Of a DNA stretch of 64,000 nt, positions 26,201 to 38,306 are shown piece by piece; position 1 is the first letter of the stretch, and each line of letters begins with the position of its first letter. The stretch is from Takakia lepidozioides. Lineage: Eukaryota > Plantae > Bryophyta. Under the pieces are notes generated by a model. That model saw nothing but the letters and a program-made list of their open reading frames with translations. It was not told the DNA's origin and made no database searches. The DNA lies in assembly GCA_030704615.1 (NCBI GenBank), contig CM060733.1, positions 21,142,001 to 21,206,000 on the forward strand, written 5' to 3'. Made by a program: the position numbers and the translations under genes.

Positions 26201-27262
26201 AAATTCAATGAGAATCCTATTGTATATCCTATATAATAGTATCTGAAATATTGAAAGCTCACCACACGACAGATGATTGAGTGAATTTACTTAGAACTGA
26301 TTCTCTGGGACTTTTAAAAAGAGACCATTTGGCTGATATGCTTTGCAAAATTTTGGATAGAGGAAAACATAAGTTGATTTATTTTGGAAGTGGGATTTTT
26401 GGCATGCAGAAGCGGGAGCCCCCTTCGGTGATGGGACTTCTCAAGAGCCCCATGGGCCTTATGGTTGGCTTTATGCTTGTTGTTGTCTTTCTCTTGCCCA
26501 AGCTTATGGACAGCATTGGTAATCTCTCTCTTTCTCTCTTCTTGCACCACTCGCATGAAAGATCCGTTTCGTTTTTATTGAATTATCCCTCAAAAGGAAA
26601 TAGTCAAAGACTCTTTGTTGTCTGTCCCATAGGTCCCCTGGCTCTGGTGGTCATTATAAGATTTTTTTCCCCGATCTCTCTCCCTCGCAGTGTTATAGTT
26701 CGTGGTCATTCCCGCAACCAGTGGGCAAGCTGCATGGTGTTTTTCGGAGTGTCATGTACCCTGGTCTGACGACCAGCTGAAGGGCAGTTAGCATCCCACA
26801 GAAATTATGTCCCAAAATAGTAAATGGCTGACTGGAACGGTCAATGAGTACTTCACTCCATAGGGTGATCAATAGTAGAGAAGAACTGTAGCGTTCTAGC
26901 CTGGGCTGGCTAGCTTTCAGACAGCACACGCTGTCCCACTGACTTTTGAGAGTAGCTCAATCCTGCAAATTGGACTGTTCGTTGTGAGGGCTATGGCAGT
27001 TCAACTGTGAAATTGTTAGCCAATTTGGAGAGGCTATATTCTGCAGGGTCCATGGCTCCGAGGCTGTGTCAGATGCTTTTTCAGTCCTTCCTTGTGATTG
27101 GCAGGCCTCTTATATGTGACTTTCCATAAGGCAGAGATCCTAGTGCTGAATCCTGTTGTTTATGTTGTGCTAGATCCGGAGGAGATGAAGAGGGTTCAGG
27201 AAGAAATGCGCAACCAGCCCACTCCATCTTTCTCCAACCTCTTGCAAGGGGCGCGCTCGTAG
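23225..27262 (+). CDS. EMC7: ER membrane protein complex subunit 7
   Basis: Signal-peptide exon 23225-23325, then 24184-24227, 24868-24970, 25181-25244, 25665-25784, 26410-26518, 27174-27262. Motifs KVVLNGGQKVAFIRPDGSFAFQDVPAGTHLLEV, VRVDVSAR, LEPLREEYYYEKREP, LLKSPMGLMVGFM..LPKLM..IDPEEMK..QEEM. Confidence 0.92.
24971..25180 (+). other. U12-type (minor spliceosome) GT-AG intron in EMC7
   Basis: 5' site GTATCCTC and branch-point-like GCCTTGAC (25152-25159) about 20 nt before the AG; no polypyrimidine tract. The intron is needed to keep the frame. Confidence 0.7.
25368..25667 (+). repeat. ~150-bp diverged tandem duplication at the 3' end of EMC7 intron 4
   Basis: TGGTCA..GCTTGAATTGTTTT..AACAGCTT..CAGTCATGTAAA..CTGAGAGG..GAGTTGC..CAGGTT occurs twice. 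Confidence 0.75.
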
Positions 27263-30051
27263 TGCTTGTCATCAGGGCCCCTTCTCTGCTGTTATCCAAC
27301 TGTGTTTTCACCCATGGTTGGAGATACAAGTTCTGTTCATTATCAGGGGGCCAGTGGGCGAATCATCTGAAGGTTCAACTTTTCTATTGTGATCAACAAG
27401 CCTTCAAAGTCGGGGTTTGTCAAAATTGTAACAGATATGATATATATGCCAGATAATGAAGCTGGCATAGATAGGTGGGTGAGATTAGCCTTCACCCTGT
27501 CGAATTATCTGGCGATTCTTTCTTCTTAGCAAATCTGTCTCGGTTTCTTATCTTGGAATTCATTGATGACACAAGGTCAAAATGGTCTGGCTTCAATCTT
27601 TCATTTCCATTACTCTCCTTGATCGATCTTGCCAGCTCTCCTTCAGTTCTTAGGGTCGGTCACACACGTAGGTTCACCGTAAAATAGCCATCCACATTGA
27701 TGCCACACTACCTTCATCTGACATCTCTCATTCTGTATGCAAACCCTGATTACAGTCCAGATTGGCAGATGCGATTGTGGACTGTGTGTATTGTTTGTCA
27801 ACCTAAAGTTTGTCATACTGAGTCTCTATCTGACTTCACATGTAGTTTAAGAGCATTTGTCTTCACCACTAGCTTTTGAAAAAACTACATTAGAATCTGG
27901 AGAACCTTTGCAACCATCACCTACAAACATGGCAGTGATGTAGAGGCCTGAGCTGCTTGATTTCACAACTGTGTCAACTGCCCAAGTGGTCAACAATTCA
28001 TCATCGACAAATACCTCTTGCAGGATGCAGAAGCAAAAAACTCTACTAAGACCTGACTTCAATAAAGGCCAAGTTTGACTATCTACTGACTCAACTCTAC
28101 TGAGGGTGAAGTTAAAGTTAGAGGGTGTCCAGCACGGGCAGTTACGACTATTATTCTCTGCCCGAGATCACGTGCATGTGCACGCTCTCCTTAGGTATCG
28201 CCAGGCTTTCGCCACTCCAGTTTGTCACAAACACTGATGCTACTGGCCCCATCTAAAATGGGGGCGATTCAACCTTTCCAAGTGGCTAAACCCATCTCAT
28301 CACAAGTTACAACAGTGCCCTGTATTTCGGTGCCTTGTCGCACGCGTGACTGTCTGGCTGTCGGTGCTCATTTCAAATTTGTCATCACTGCACTGCAGAG
28401 CAGCAGAGGCTTTCCTCGCACACCGACCTGCCCTGTGCTCAACCTCCAATCCCCACACAAACCATGTCAAACGCTTGTTTGCTGATATGGGTTTTTCTTA
28501 AAACTGGGTTGGGAGTTGGTGTTCTCTCCCCAATTTTTTTGTCTGTTTTTTCAAAGGGAAACTCCAAAGGAGCGACCCCATTTTGTTTTGGGAGTGGTCA
28601 GAAAACAACAGCCTGTGAATTTTGTTGTTGCCAAAGTCCTCCAATCTAGTGATGAAAATACAGGACCTTTTGTGTCTGTGTCCCAAGGAGAGAAAAGTTG
28701 GAAAAGCAAGGAGAGAAAAGTTGTTGTGGGAGTTTGAGCTTGGGGAGGTGGAAAGGGGGAAGCTCACATTTGAATGAGCTGGTGATGGCAGGCAAAGTGT
28801 GAGAGAGCAGGGCAGTACCTACTACTTACTTAGACAGTGAAGCAGTGGAATGGGTAGCCTTGCTACTTTAGTACCGATGCAGAAGAACTCTGCCACACTT
28901 GCATGTGGCCACCACTGTGTGCCTGGCCCCTTGCAAATACTTTTCTTGTTTTATTACTTACTGTTGTTCGGTTTCTTCTCACTGTCTTTGACTCGGTTCA
29001 GGGAAAGTGTAGGCCTGCTAAAAGCTCGAGCTTGTAGGCGAAAAGCTTGAGCTTGTAGCCTAACAGACTCTCTCTCCCTCGCCTTTTTGAAAAGATTGGC
29101 TCTCGTACTGATGAGCAGTCTGTTAGCGAGAGACCGCTGGAGTGGTGATGGAGGGCCCACATGGGGCATGAGAGGCAGGCACATGCTGCTTCCAGGTGCC
29201 ATGAAAGGTGCGCAGCTGGGCACCAGTAATGCCCGCGCCGCCGGTAGCAACTGCCTAGCAGCCTTGGCACTGACTGCATCTCTCCCTACTGTCTGCATGT
29301 CTCTGGTTGCTTGCAGAGGCCTTTGACTGGAGATACTCTCGTTGGAACTGGGTTGTTAGCTTTTGTAGAATGAGAGCTGCTACATGAGCTTTGGCGGATT
29401 GCTGAAGTGGGTCTTCTCTCTCTGTGCGGTTGGGTTTCACTCGCTTGCAGTGGTTCCGATTCTGCTCCGTTTATATATATGCACTCTTGGTCTGCGTTCA
29501 TTACAATTCTCTAGCAGCCTCTTCCTCTTTGTTTCTCTCTGCGCGCTGGTCTATGCGAGTGTCCCTCTGGTTATTGCTCCATTAATCCCCTCATTGTCTC
29601 TCAATCCCAACTTCCAAGTGCTCCGGTCTCCAAGTGCCGGATCTCGTCCCTCTAATCAAACGACCTCTCGAGGGGCTGCTTCCTGGAGCTTCAAGTATTT
29701 ATACGCAGTTTGCGGGATGATTTAGCCCTCCATCTTCCACTGCAGCCCGTATTTCCCTATATTCTTGGTTATCACTTCTTACATTTTCCAAGTCTCTCAG
29801 CCCGCCGTTCGATCTGGCGCGACACTTCTTAATCTCAGGAAGGACGTCTCTGTTCCATCCAGAGGAGGTTAGACAAGTCTATATCGAAAGTGCACTTCAG
29901 AGTCCTTCTTTCCGTTGATCCGATAGCCCTTTGGCTTCATCGTACACCTCATCTGCCCCCAATCTGAGCACGTATTGGGAGGCGAATATAGCTGAAAGCA
30001 ATAGCTGGGATCAACTTTGACGTTCACCATCTCCCATCAGATAAAAGAAAA

Positions 30052-32417
30052 ATGACTGTCATATTCCCAGATGCACTGCAAGAGCCCAGGAAGCTCTGCA
30101 CAAAGAAAAATCTGGCATGGTGCTCGTGTTTGACAGTGGTAGTAGTATCCATTATACTCGTACTTTGCCTTGTTGTGCCAGCGGCGAAAAGGAGGAAGAA
30201 TGCCAACTTTGAAAATGATTTCTACATCATGTGGGCTCAAGACCATACGAGGTTAGTCAACCACGGAGAAACGCTGGAGCTGATGCTGGACAATATTTCT
30301 GGTATGCTCCCATCCTGCCATCATTGAAGAAATTAAGCTGCATGCATTATTTGATTGTTTCAGTAGCCTTAAATCCATAGGACTCCGGTTTGGAGTCTAG
30401 TCGGAGCAGATCGGTGTAGACTTCCACATTTTTTGACAAGACGTATGTCCAGCCAGGGTTGAGGCTTTCGTCTTCGGGGAGATTTCCTTCTATCCATTCC
30501 TACTCTCAGACTCTCTGGAGGAGCTAGGGGATTTCTTGTTTGCATATACATTTGTGAGGATTCCACAAATCACCAGAAATTTCCATGTTTATCGATAGAT
30601 TGGACATTGCTCATGCACTCGATCATTCTCGGTCAGCCATCCACCTCTTCCGCCGAAGGAAGCTGATTGCCCTCTCGTGCTTGGGTGTTCGCACATTTAT
30701 ACTTCTCCACGTTCTTGTACGCAACTCTCCAAATGTTGCATTGTTTGATTTATGACGCCTTTAGTACAACAGATCCCATGTGGGATGCCCTACACCTGTT
30801 GGATGCTATTTCAGCGTCTGTCTCACTTGAGCAATTTTTGTCCCCAAAAAATCTCGTGGATGTTCCCCTCAGTTATTGGAAATAAGATGATCCAGAGGCC
30901 TGTGTGGCAGGATCAAAATTGACAAGAGAAGTGTCATTTTGTGGCTTGATTGGCTGTATGATCAGTCCTTCATTTTGGAATTGTGCAGGCTCTGGGTTTA
31001 CGTCTAAGGAGAAATACCTATTTGGTAGCATAAAAATGCAAATCAAACTTGTTCCTGGTGATTCAGCTGGCACTGTGACTGCCTATTATGTAAGTCTTTC
31101 GTGTGCTCTGTAGGCCAGAGCTAAAAACAGACACTTTGGGCATTATATGAATTCCAATCTAGAACTTCCCTAGCCAACTTTGACGACTTCTCATATAATT
31201 CCTGTCTAGTGCTGTGTCTTTGCTGCTGTTTGCATGAACCCAAAAGCTTGTGCCCTTGTAGTGATGACACAGTCTGCAATCTAATAGGACATTTGGAAGC
31301 TAACAAACAATTCTGCAATGTGGGTTTGGTAACAGCTCTCCTCCCAATCAGCCAACCATGATGAGCTGGACTTTGAGTTTCTAGGAAATGTCTCAGGGCA
31401 GCCCTACATTCTCCAGACCAATGTATTTGCGAATGGGACTGGTGGCCGGGAACAACGCATCTTTTTGTGGTTCGACCCCACCCTGGATTTCCACACATAT
31501 GGTGTTTTTTGGAATCGACATCATATCATGTATTCTCTCCCCCCACCACCTCGTTTGTGCAGTGACATTTTGGGCTCCAATCTGTGTTTGAAGGGGAAAC
31601 ACTATCCCTAAAGTCACTCTCTTGATCAAGTTGTGCACATAAGATTGAGGTGAGGGGGATCAGTGAGCGAGGCCTTATCATGATGTGGCTGTAGGTGCTT
31701 TGAGATCTCTGTAGCTACTTGAGTCAAAGAGGGACGGAAGATAGTGAAGAAAGTAAGAAGCTTTATACTGTCCACTGCAAGGACATGGGTGAGTCTATTT
31801 CGAAGGGATGGTTTTTCTGTAGAAGGTAGTTCATGAGTTATGACAGGTGAATGCATTATCGAGTCAATTTTCCCTGTACTGCTCTTGGGGTTCGTGAGTC
31901 ATATGGAATGTTGTGCACCTTGAACACAGGCTTGAGCAATTTTGAGCAAGAGTGAAAGAGTTAGGATCTCACTCGAAACCCATTTAATCTGCCTAACAAA
32001 AGATCGTGCCTTGTCCCCAGATTTCAGGTGGATGATTACCCCATTCGTATATTCACCAACAATGAGGACCTGGGAATGGCATATCTGGACCAACAGCCAA
32101 TGAACATATTCTCCAGCATCTGGAATGGGGATCAATGGGCAACTCAAGGGGGACGGATAAAAGTTGATTGGACCCAGGCCCCCTTTATTGCTTCATATCA
32201 GAATTATCAGTTGGATGCTTGTGCAGCCTCAGATGCCTTAGCAGCCTGTGCAATGCCCACAGCTAACAACTGGTGGGATCAACCAAGTTATCAGACTCTA
32301 GCATCTAACCAAGTAGACAAGGTCAGATGGCTTGAGCAGAATTACATGGTCTATAACTACTGTACAGATACAAAGAGGAACCCCACACCCCCCATTGAAT
32401 GTGCCGGCAATTCTTAG
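30052..32417 (+). CDS. XTH: Xyloglucan endotransglucosylase/hydrolase (GH16 XTH), paralogue 1
   Basis: Exons 30052-30301, 30989-31089, 31336-31529, 32021-32417. Catalytic [51 protein letters not shown]. Confidence 0.95.
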
Positions 32418-33620
32418 TGGGGAACATCACTACATAATCAAGCTTATTCAAGGGAGTATTTGGGGGCAAACCCACACGTTGGCCGAGTAGTCAGACCCTC
32501 CCATCTGTTCTGTAGGTTTGGTGGAAGCAAGTAAAGTAGGATTCCTAGCAACCCATCAGGTGAAGAGAAAAGTAAGGCCCACTGTGTCAGCCAAGGAAGG
32601 TCCAGGAATGCCAGCCCTTGTCTGGCTAAGTAGCAGGGATTACATTCTTGGGGATTATTTGGTAAGGGGTGCTGCATATGAGATTCTTAACTAGTGGTTG
32701 ATAAATGTGCACCTCACAAGCTATAACTGATTCAAATGTTGTTAAAGAGACTCATAGGTAGTTTCGAACTCTGGAAAGTCTCTGGTGAATTCTTGTTTGA
32801 TGGTCACTGATCTCTCCAGTGTGTTGTGGTCGATTCAGTACATTGATTGATCTCTCTGCAACAATTACTGTGAGAGCGTGAGCGCTTCGACTTAGACCTA
32901 CCTTAGCTGGAACACCTCGCTTGATTAGCAAGTGTGTGCGGTCGGCCCGTCACTGTTATACAGCAACAAATGATACCATCATCATGAATCCAGCTCTTCA
33001 TCCAGTTGGAGGAGACGGCTGATGATGACGATATGAATAAGGGACATCAGTACCGGCAGGTGTAATGTAATCCCTGGAGTTCTGTTTAGGTCTTGCCCGT
33101 CAGGCTTTTGCTCAACGGAATCGAGGCGTACAGGACGCGTAGATCCATGGAAAATAGAGCGATGGTTACTTAGCAGTTACTTAGGTATGGAGTATGGAGT
33201 ATGGACGATGCTTTATATACCATACCCCCAACGGAAGCTGGAATTCGAAGGGATGCCAAATTACTGAATTATTGTTGCTGTGCCCGGCCACTGTTCAGAG
33301 TCAATGAAATTCTTGCGGGAAACCTGGATTGTCATTAGCAGAAAGCCTTTTTGTTAAGAGGGTGGTCATTATTGAATTGTACTAAGCTAGCCCAAGAATG
33401 GTGAGAGACACATTTGCTGAACCCTAAACCCTGGATGTAATGAGCTTTTGGGTTGTCTGGGATTTTGAGAAGATAGGGAACCCTTAGGAGGATAAGAAAG
33501 GTAGATGCTTGAGGGGTGTGCTTTGGGCATCCCCGCTGTTGTGAGGTCTTCAGTTGTGTGGAACTTATGTAGCACTTGCAGGTAAAGATTATTACTTGAC
33601 GCGATAGGAATTTGTTTGGG

Positions 33621-33621
33621 G

Positions 33622-33655
<34 letters not shown>

Positions 33656-33665
33656 AGGGGGGGGG
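33621..33665. repeat. (GA)n plus poly-G tract in the NRPD7/E7 5' region
   Basis: Direct observation; a telo-box-like AACCCTAAACCCT lies near 33420. Confidence 0.8.
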
Positions 33666-33713
33666 AGCAGAAGCAAAGGACTCACATCGAAAACCGGGGA
33701 AGATTTCGAGAAC

Positions 33714-34280
33714 ATGTTTCATGAGATAGCTATGAAGAGATTGGTGGTGGTGCAGCCCAAAGAGTTAACGGCGGACAATTTGGGCAGCAGGAGGAATATG
33801 GTTCGCAGATTACTTTCGGATATCGATACCCTGAAATGTTCCGAGGAGGACGGCTACTACGTCGCGGTGACAACACTCGAGAGCGTCAGCGAGGGGAGAA
33901 TTCGGCCAGGGACTGGGTGTGTGGTATATTGGGTAGAGTTCAAGTGTCTGGTTTTCATGCCCCACAAAAATGAGATTGTTGAGGCCGAAGTTACCAAAGT
34001 CAATGATTACGGGTTCTTCGCTGATTGTGGGCCGCTGGCTCAGATCCTCGTTGCAAAGAGAGAGATGGCCGGGTTTGAATTTCGGAAGGCGGAGGTGGAA
34101 ACATACAACAGTTACAAGGATGAGTCTGGGTCCGAAATTGTGGTGAATGCTGTAGTCCGGTTGAGGATCATAGGCATCAAGTGGATGGCTGAAGACCGTA
34201 AGTTTATTGCAGTCGGAAGCTTGAACGGGGACCTTCTTGGTCATCTGCCAGATTTTGGGAAGAACCCACCATCAATCTGA
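33714..34280 (+). CDS. NRPE7: Intronless RNA polymerase IV/V seventh subunit (NRPD7/NRPE7-like)
   Basis: 188-aa Rpb7-type sequence with GYYVAVTTL, EGRIR..TG.V, CGPL, IIGIKWM..R.F.A.GSL.GD.LG. These are typical of the NRPD7/E7 clade, which is known to be intronless and retro-derived from NRPB7. D7 versus E7 cannot be resolved here. Confidence 0.85.
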   Translation: MFHEIAMKRLVVVQPKELTADNLGSRRNMVRRLLSDIDTLKCSEEDGYYVAVTTLESVSEGRIRPGTGCVVYWVEFKCLVFMPHKNEIVEAEVTKVNDYGFFADCGPLAQILVAKREMAGFEFRKAEVETYNSYKDESGSEIVVNAVVRLRIIGIKWMAEDRKFIAVGSLNGDLLGHLPDFGKNPPSI

Positions 34281-36603
34281 GTAAGAAGATTGTGAGTATG
34301 TGTGACCGATTCTGCAGTCCTGCTTGTCTACCTAGAGTTGAAAGCAGTGGGTCAGTGCGCCCCGATCAGTTATTCAGCTCAAGCTTTCTCTTCCTAGCAG
34401 CAATTATCGGGGTTAACTTTAACATGGGCCGGGTGAGAGCAGAATCTCCTTAAAGAACTTAACTGCATATGGAGCTTAAAATGCTTTGGGGTCTGTGGCT
34501 ACAGTTAATGGACCTTAAATGGGGGTATCATATTATCACAGATAATTACAAGGATTCGGGTCGAGTGTAAACCCTTTTGTGGAACTTGCCAACCGAGTGA
34601 AGAAGTGAGGCCCTGAATACTGTTTGTGTTCTCTCTCCCTCCACCCTGTTCCATGAGCCCTCGTGGCTATCTGTGGACTTAATAAAGTTTCTTTCCTTCT
34701 TTCTTCCCCTCTCGGAAATCCCACTTGTAGAACCAAGCCTTCTGTGTTAGATCCGTGTCGAGCTGCTTCAGAAGCAGTGCCTGTATGACATGCTGTAGTG
34801 TGATGTCAATACCAGCCCTGAATGGTCTATACTCAAGTTCCTTGGAATCTGATTGCTGTGTGCAAGTTAACAGCAATATTTTGGTAGTTGAAACCTTGCA
34901 ACTGCTTTCCAGAGGAGTGAGTATCTTGTGGGAACATTATATTGCGTAAAGTCATAGCCAAAAAGCCCATGCAGACACCTCAAAACCTGCTCTTCTGGAC
35001 TCCAATTTGCAAAGGTACCATGCTCTGGTGGGAGAGACCCCCGGACGCGGCTCTCCGTGTTGTCAAAGTGGGGTTGCCAGCATTAAAGCTGTAACAGGTT
35101 TTCGTAAGCGGGGGACATGTACCATAGGCTGAGTTTCATACCCTGTTGAGTGTACTTCCCATCACAGTCTTCGGAAGAACAGTGTTGTCCTTTTTGGACT
35201 TTCCCTCAATGGTATGTCATAGCCAACATTTTTGGGGATGTCTGTCAGTAGGGGCTTTTCTTCATGTCAAAACTGATCTGTGCATACTCGAAACAAAAGT
35301 TGAGGAACTTGTTTGTTCAACATGTCAGAATGTAAGAATATAGGAACGCAGCTTTCATGCAAGCGTGGACCTGTTGAATGGAAGTTTTCTGTACATACTC
35401 TGTACACCTGGCAACATCAGCAGTGCTGAAATTGGCAGTATGCCTTCTGGTATGATGATCACACCAGCCAATCTGATCAAGCCTTAATGTTGTTCGCTTG
35501 ATTGTTGGCAGTTCAGTTGAGCAACAGCGACACGGCGATTCATGATGGGTTGTCTTCAGATTTTTGTCAGGCATTATCAAATGTGAGTGTGTGCACAAGT
35601 GTGGTTGAGATCATTTCCAAGGCTCTGTATAATGCGTACTATGACTGACTTATCCTGTAAAGCCAGCAAGCTGTCCTACGCATTCAGAATTAGAAACTTG
35701 TCAGTCTAGTCATTCCTTATAAGTTGATGAGTGGCATTGTTTTTTGCAGAATACCATGGCATGATCATAGCTGAGGAGGGAAAAACTGTTTTTTCCAACC
35801 TAGATTTGGCATTTTGTAGGAAGTCTCATGGATGGTGTTGCATTGAGTTGCATTTTGATTTCAATCATGGGCCAACTGCTGGAGAAATAGTGACTCTCAT
35901 CAAGATACATCTAAGATGCTCCACTGGGTTTTTCAAGGGTTAAACTTTGGTACCTAGTGGGGGACTAACAGATGAAGTATTCTCTTTTAGGCACAATCTA
36001 AATTATGCTTGTCGAGTCATGCAATGATAGGGCCACAATTTTTGTAATTTATGGGGATGCATCCTTACCCCTGTTACCATCAAGGCCTCAAGCACTCTGC
36101 AGAGGCTGTACTATGTTCTTAAATAGCCCTGATGGAAAGAGGAGCATTATCAGTCAAATACAATGTTCTGAACATCGTCTATTGCAGAAAAAATGAACTT
36201 CGCAGGTTTTTCTATGTGGGCGATCCCTTAAGGTTGAAAGGCAGCTTTTACATTTCCCGTTGTTAGGGTGGGTTTCAATAATATGCTGGATTGGAATACA
36301 GTCTATCCTCTATATGTGCTGGGGAGGAGCCAAAATGTAACAGGTATGGAATGATAACCCAATAACACTACAACAAAATACAACATAATAAGAGCCTAGT
36401 CTTATATGTCAATACACTTCATCTTGAACACTAGAGTAAGACACAGGAGAAACTAATGAGTTGACCTAAGGGTTACAGGAATGGTCTAGGTGGAAATATA
36501 AATTTAAGTTAACTAAATGAATGGTCCCCATGTTAGGTTGAAATAACCAGGTGACTTGAGTGGTTGACTTACTTACGGAGGGAACACTTATTATAGAAGT
36601 TAG

Positions 36604-36786
36604 ACTCCGATACCATTGTGGTGTAATAAGAAGTCTGAGGCCAGCGATCTTATTAGGGAGATCTAAGATCAAATTGGACTCTAAATTGGACTCCCAATTT
36701 TCCAATCCTTGAGAAACATCAATGCAGATGTAACCTAAATTTACCAGTTCTGAGTTTCTGCTTGTCGGCCTCGTGGCCTGTCAACA
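36604..36786 (-). mobile_element. Short LTR plus tRNA-iMet primer-binding-site relic
   Basis: A ~170-bp TG...CA bounded segment (36617-36786) is followed on the minus strand by TGGTATCGGAGT, close to the TGGTATCAGAGC PBS. No second LTR or PPT identified. Confidence 0.35.
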
Positions 36787-38306
36787 ATGATCAGCACAGA
36801 ATATCGTTATGCACATACTAATAAGTACCTAGTTTAGAAATGTGCCATAACCAACAACAGATCGAAGACATGAACGGTGAAGATAAAAGCCATTCGACCT
36901 CATCAAACTCCAGCCGAACTCCCCTTGCTTGGAGCATCTACATTCAAGACCTCGTTGTCTGGTTGTGCATGGACTCCTTCTCCGCTTTCCTACGCACACT
37001 CCAAATACAATCATTGCGCACCACCATCCATCCCAGCTTCGGCCCTTGTGCCATCCCCCTCGCCTCTCATTGTCTACCCTAAAAACACCCTGAGGTAGCC
37101 AGACGATCCTGGGTTCAAATTTGGCTACATGGTAGGGCGAGGGGTTTATTTCTCCTTTGCCAGACGTGGAAGAAGTATCATAAGGTTTAACTAAATTTTC
37201 GCACTGTCACGGATGACATCCACGACGGACATGCAACGAATGATTATTCCATCAACTAGACTAAAATGAGGATAAATGACGTGGAGACAAGTCACGGGCA
37301 CACAGATCGAGGAGCCGCGTGCATAATGCACGGCCCACACTCGCTCCCCCAGATCCGGCACCGGATCTGGCTATACTCAACCCCGCACCTTGCCCGAACC
37401 CTCCAATCTGCACCCGTACACCGGCAGGTACCTCTCTGTCAAAATCTACCTACCAAGCTAGGTACCTAGGTACGGATTACGCCCTGGTACCTGCGCGCGC
37501 CGCGGGGGCGGGACTCGGGAGCGCCAAGCTAGCCCCGCCTTATTTGGGGCGGGAGTAAAACGGATGAACAGTTGTTGCCTCATCCGCCTAGGATTCGCGG
37601 GATTCTTTTTCCCAGTTGCAGTGACCAGGTTTCAGTTACCCGTTGAACGGTCGATGTGACTGTAAACGCTGGAATCTTCTAAATATATGGCATATCCGTG
37701 GATGAAATTTACGGATGGATGAGCTCCAACCTAGCACCGACGTTGTTGACTCTACCCGTGGCGCCAACTGGGCGCCAGTTGGCCCCGACAGCTGTGGATG
37801 AGAAACATCGACGAAAGCTTGAGCGCCGACATCCAGAGCTCCAATTACGCCACGAAGTGCATTAATTGTCGTCATAACGTCCCTTTTGGCAGTTTCCGTT
37901 GACTACAGTGAACCTGTTGAAAATATTAAACAAAAATAGATAGAGGAAAAAGAACATACAAATTAGTAAACAAATGCGGCGATAAACTGCTGTTCCTGTG
38001 AACGGTCGGCACGTGGTCAAGGGCGACATTGTGAGCCCGCGGCAATCTGAGAGCGCGTGCAGACAGAGAGAGAAAGAGAGAGAGAGAGATGGAGTTCTCT
38101 CTCTCTCTCTCTTTCTCTCTCTCATAAAACTCATATAACGCAAAGCTTCCCTTCAATCTCTCTCTCGCGTGTCCCGATCTCGCATTTGGTGCGAATCCTT
38201 CTTGTGCAAGTCCGGATCTGAATCGGCTCTAGGCTGGTTGTGTCTCGTTAGAAGCTGTCTGTGTGTAGAAGCGCTTCCGGAGGCTTGAGCGGGGAGGAGG
38301 AGCAGC

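Noticed and set aside
28850-29725. ORFs upstream of XTH1 as genes or conserved uORFs
   Set aside because: No recognisable homology; the region looks like promoter and 5'UTR with an intron ending at 30040.
33612-33713. N-terminal ERERE/GGGGG extension of the subunit 7 ORF
   Set aside because: Translation of a microsatellite from a non-ATG start; homology begins at the ATG at 33714.
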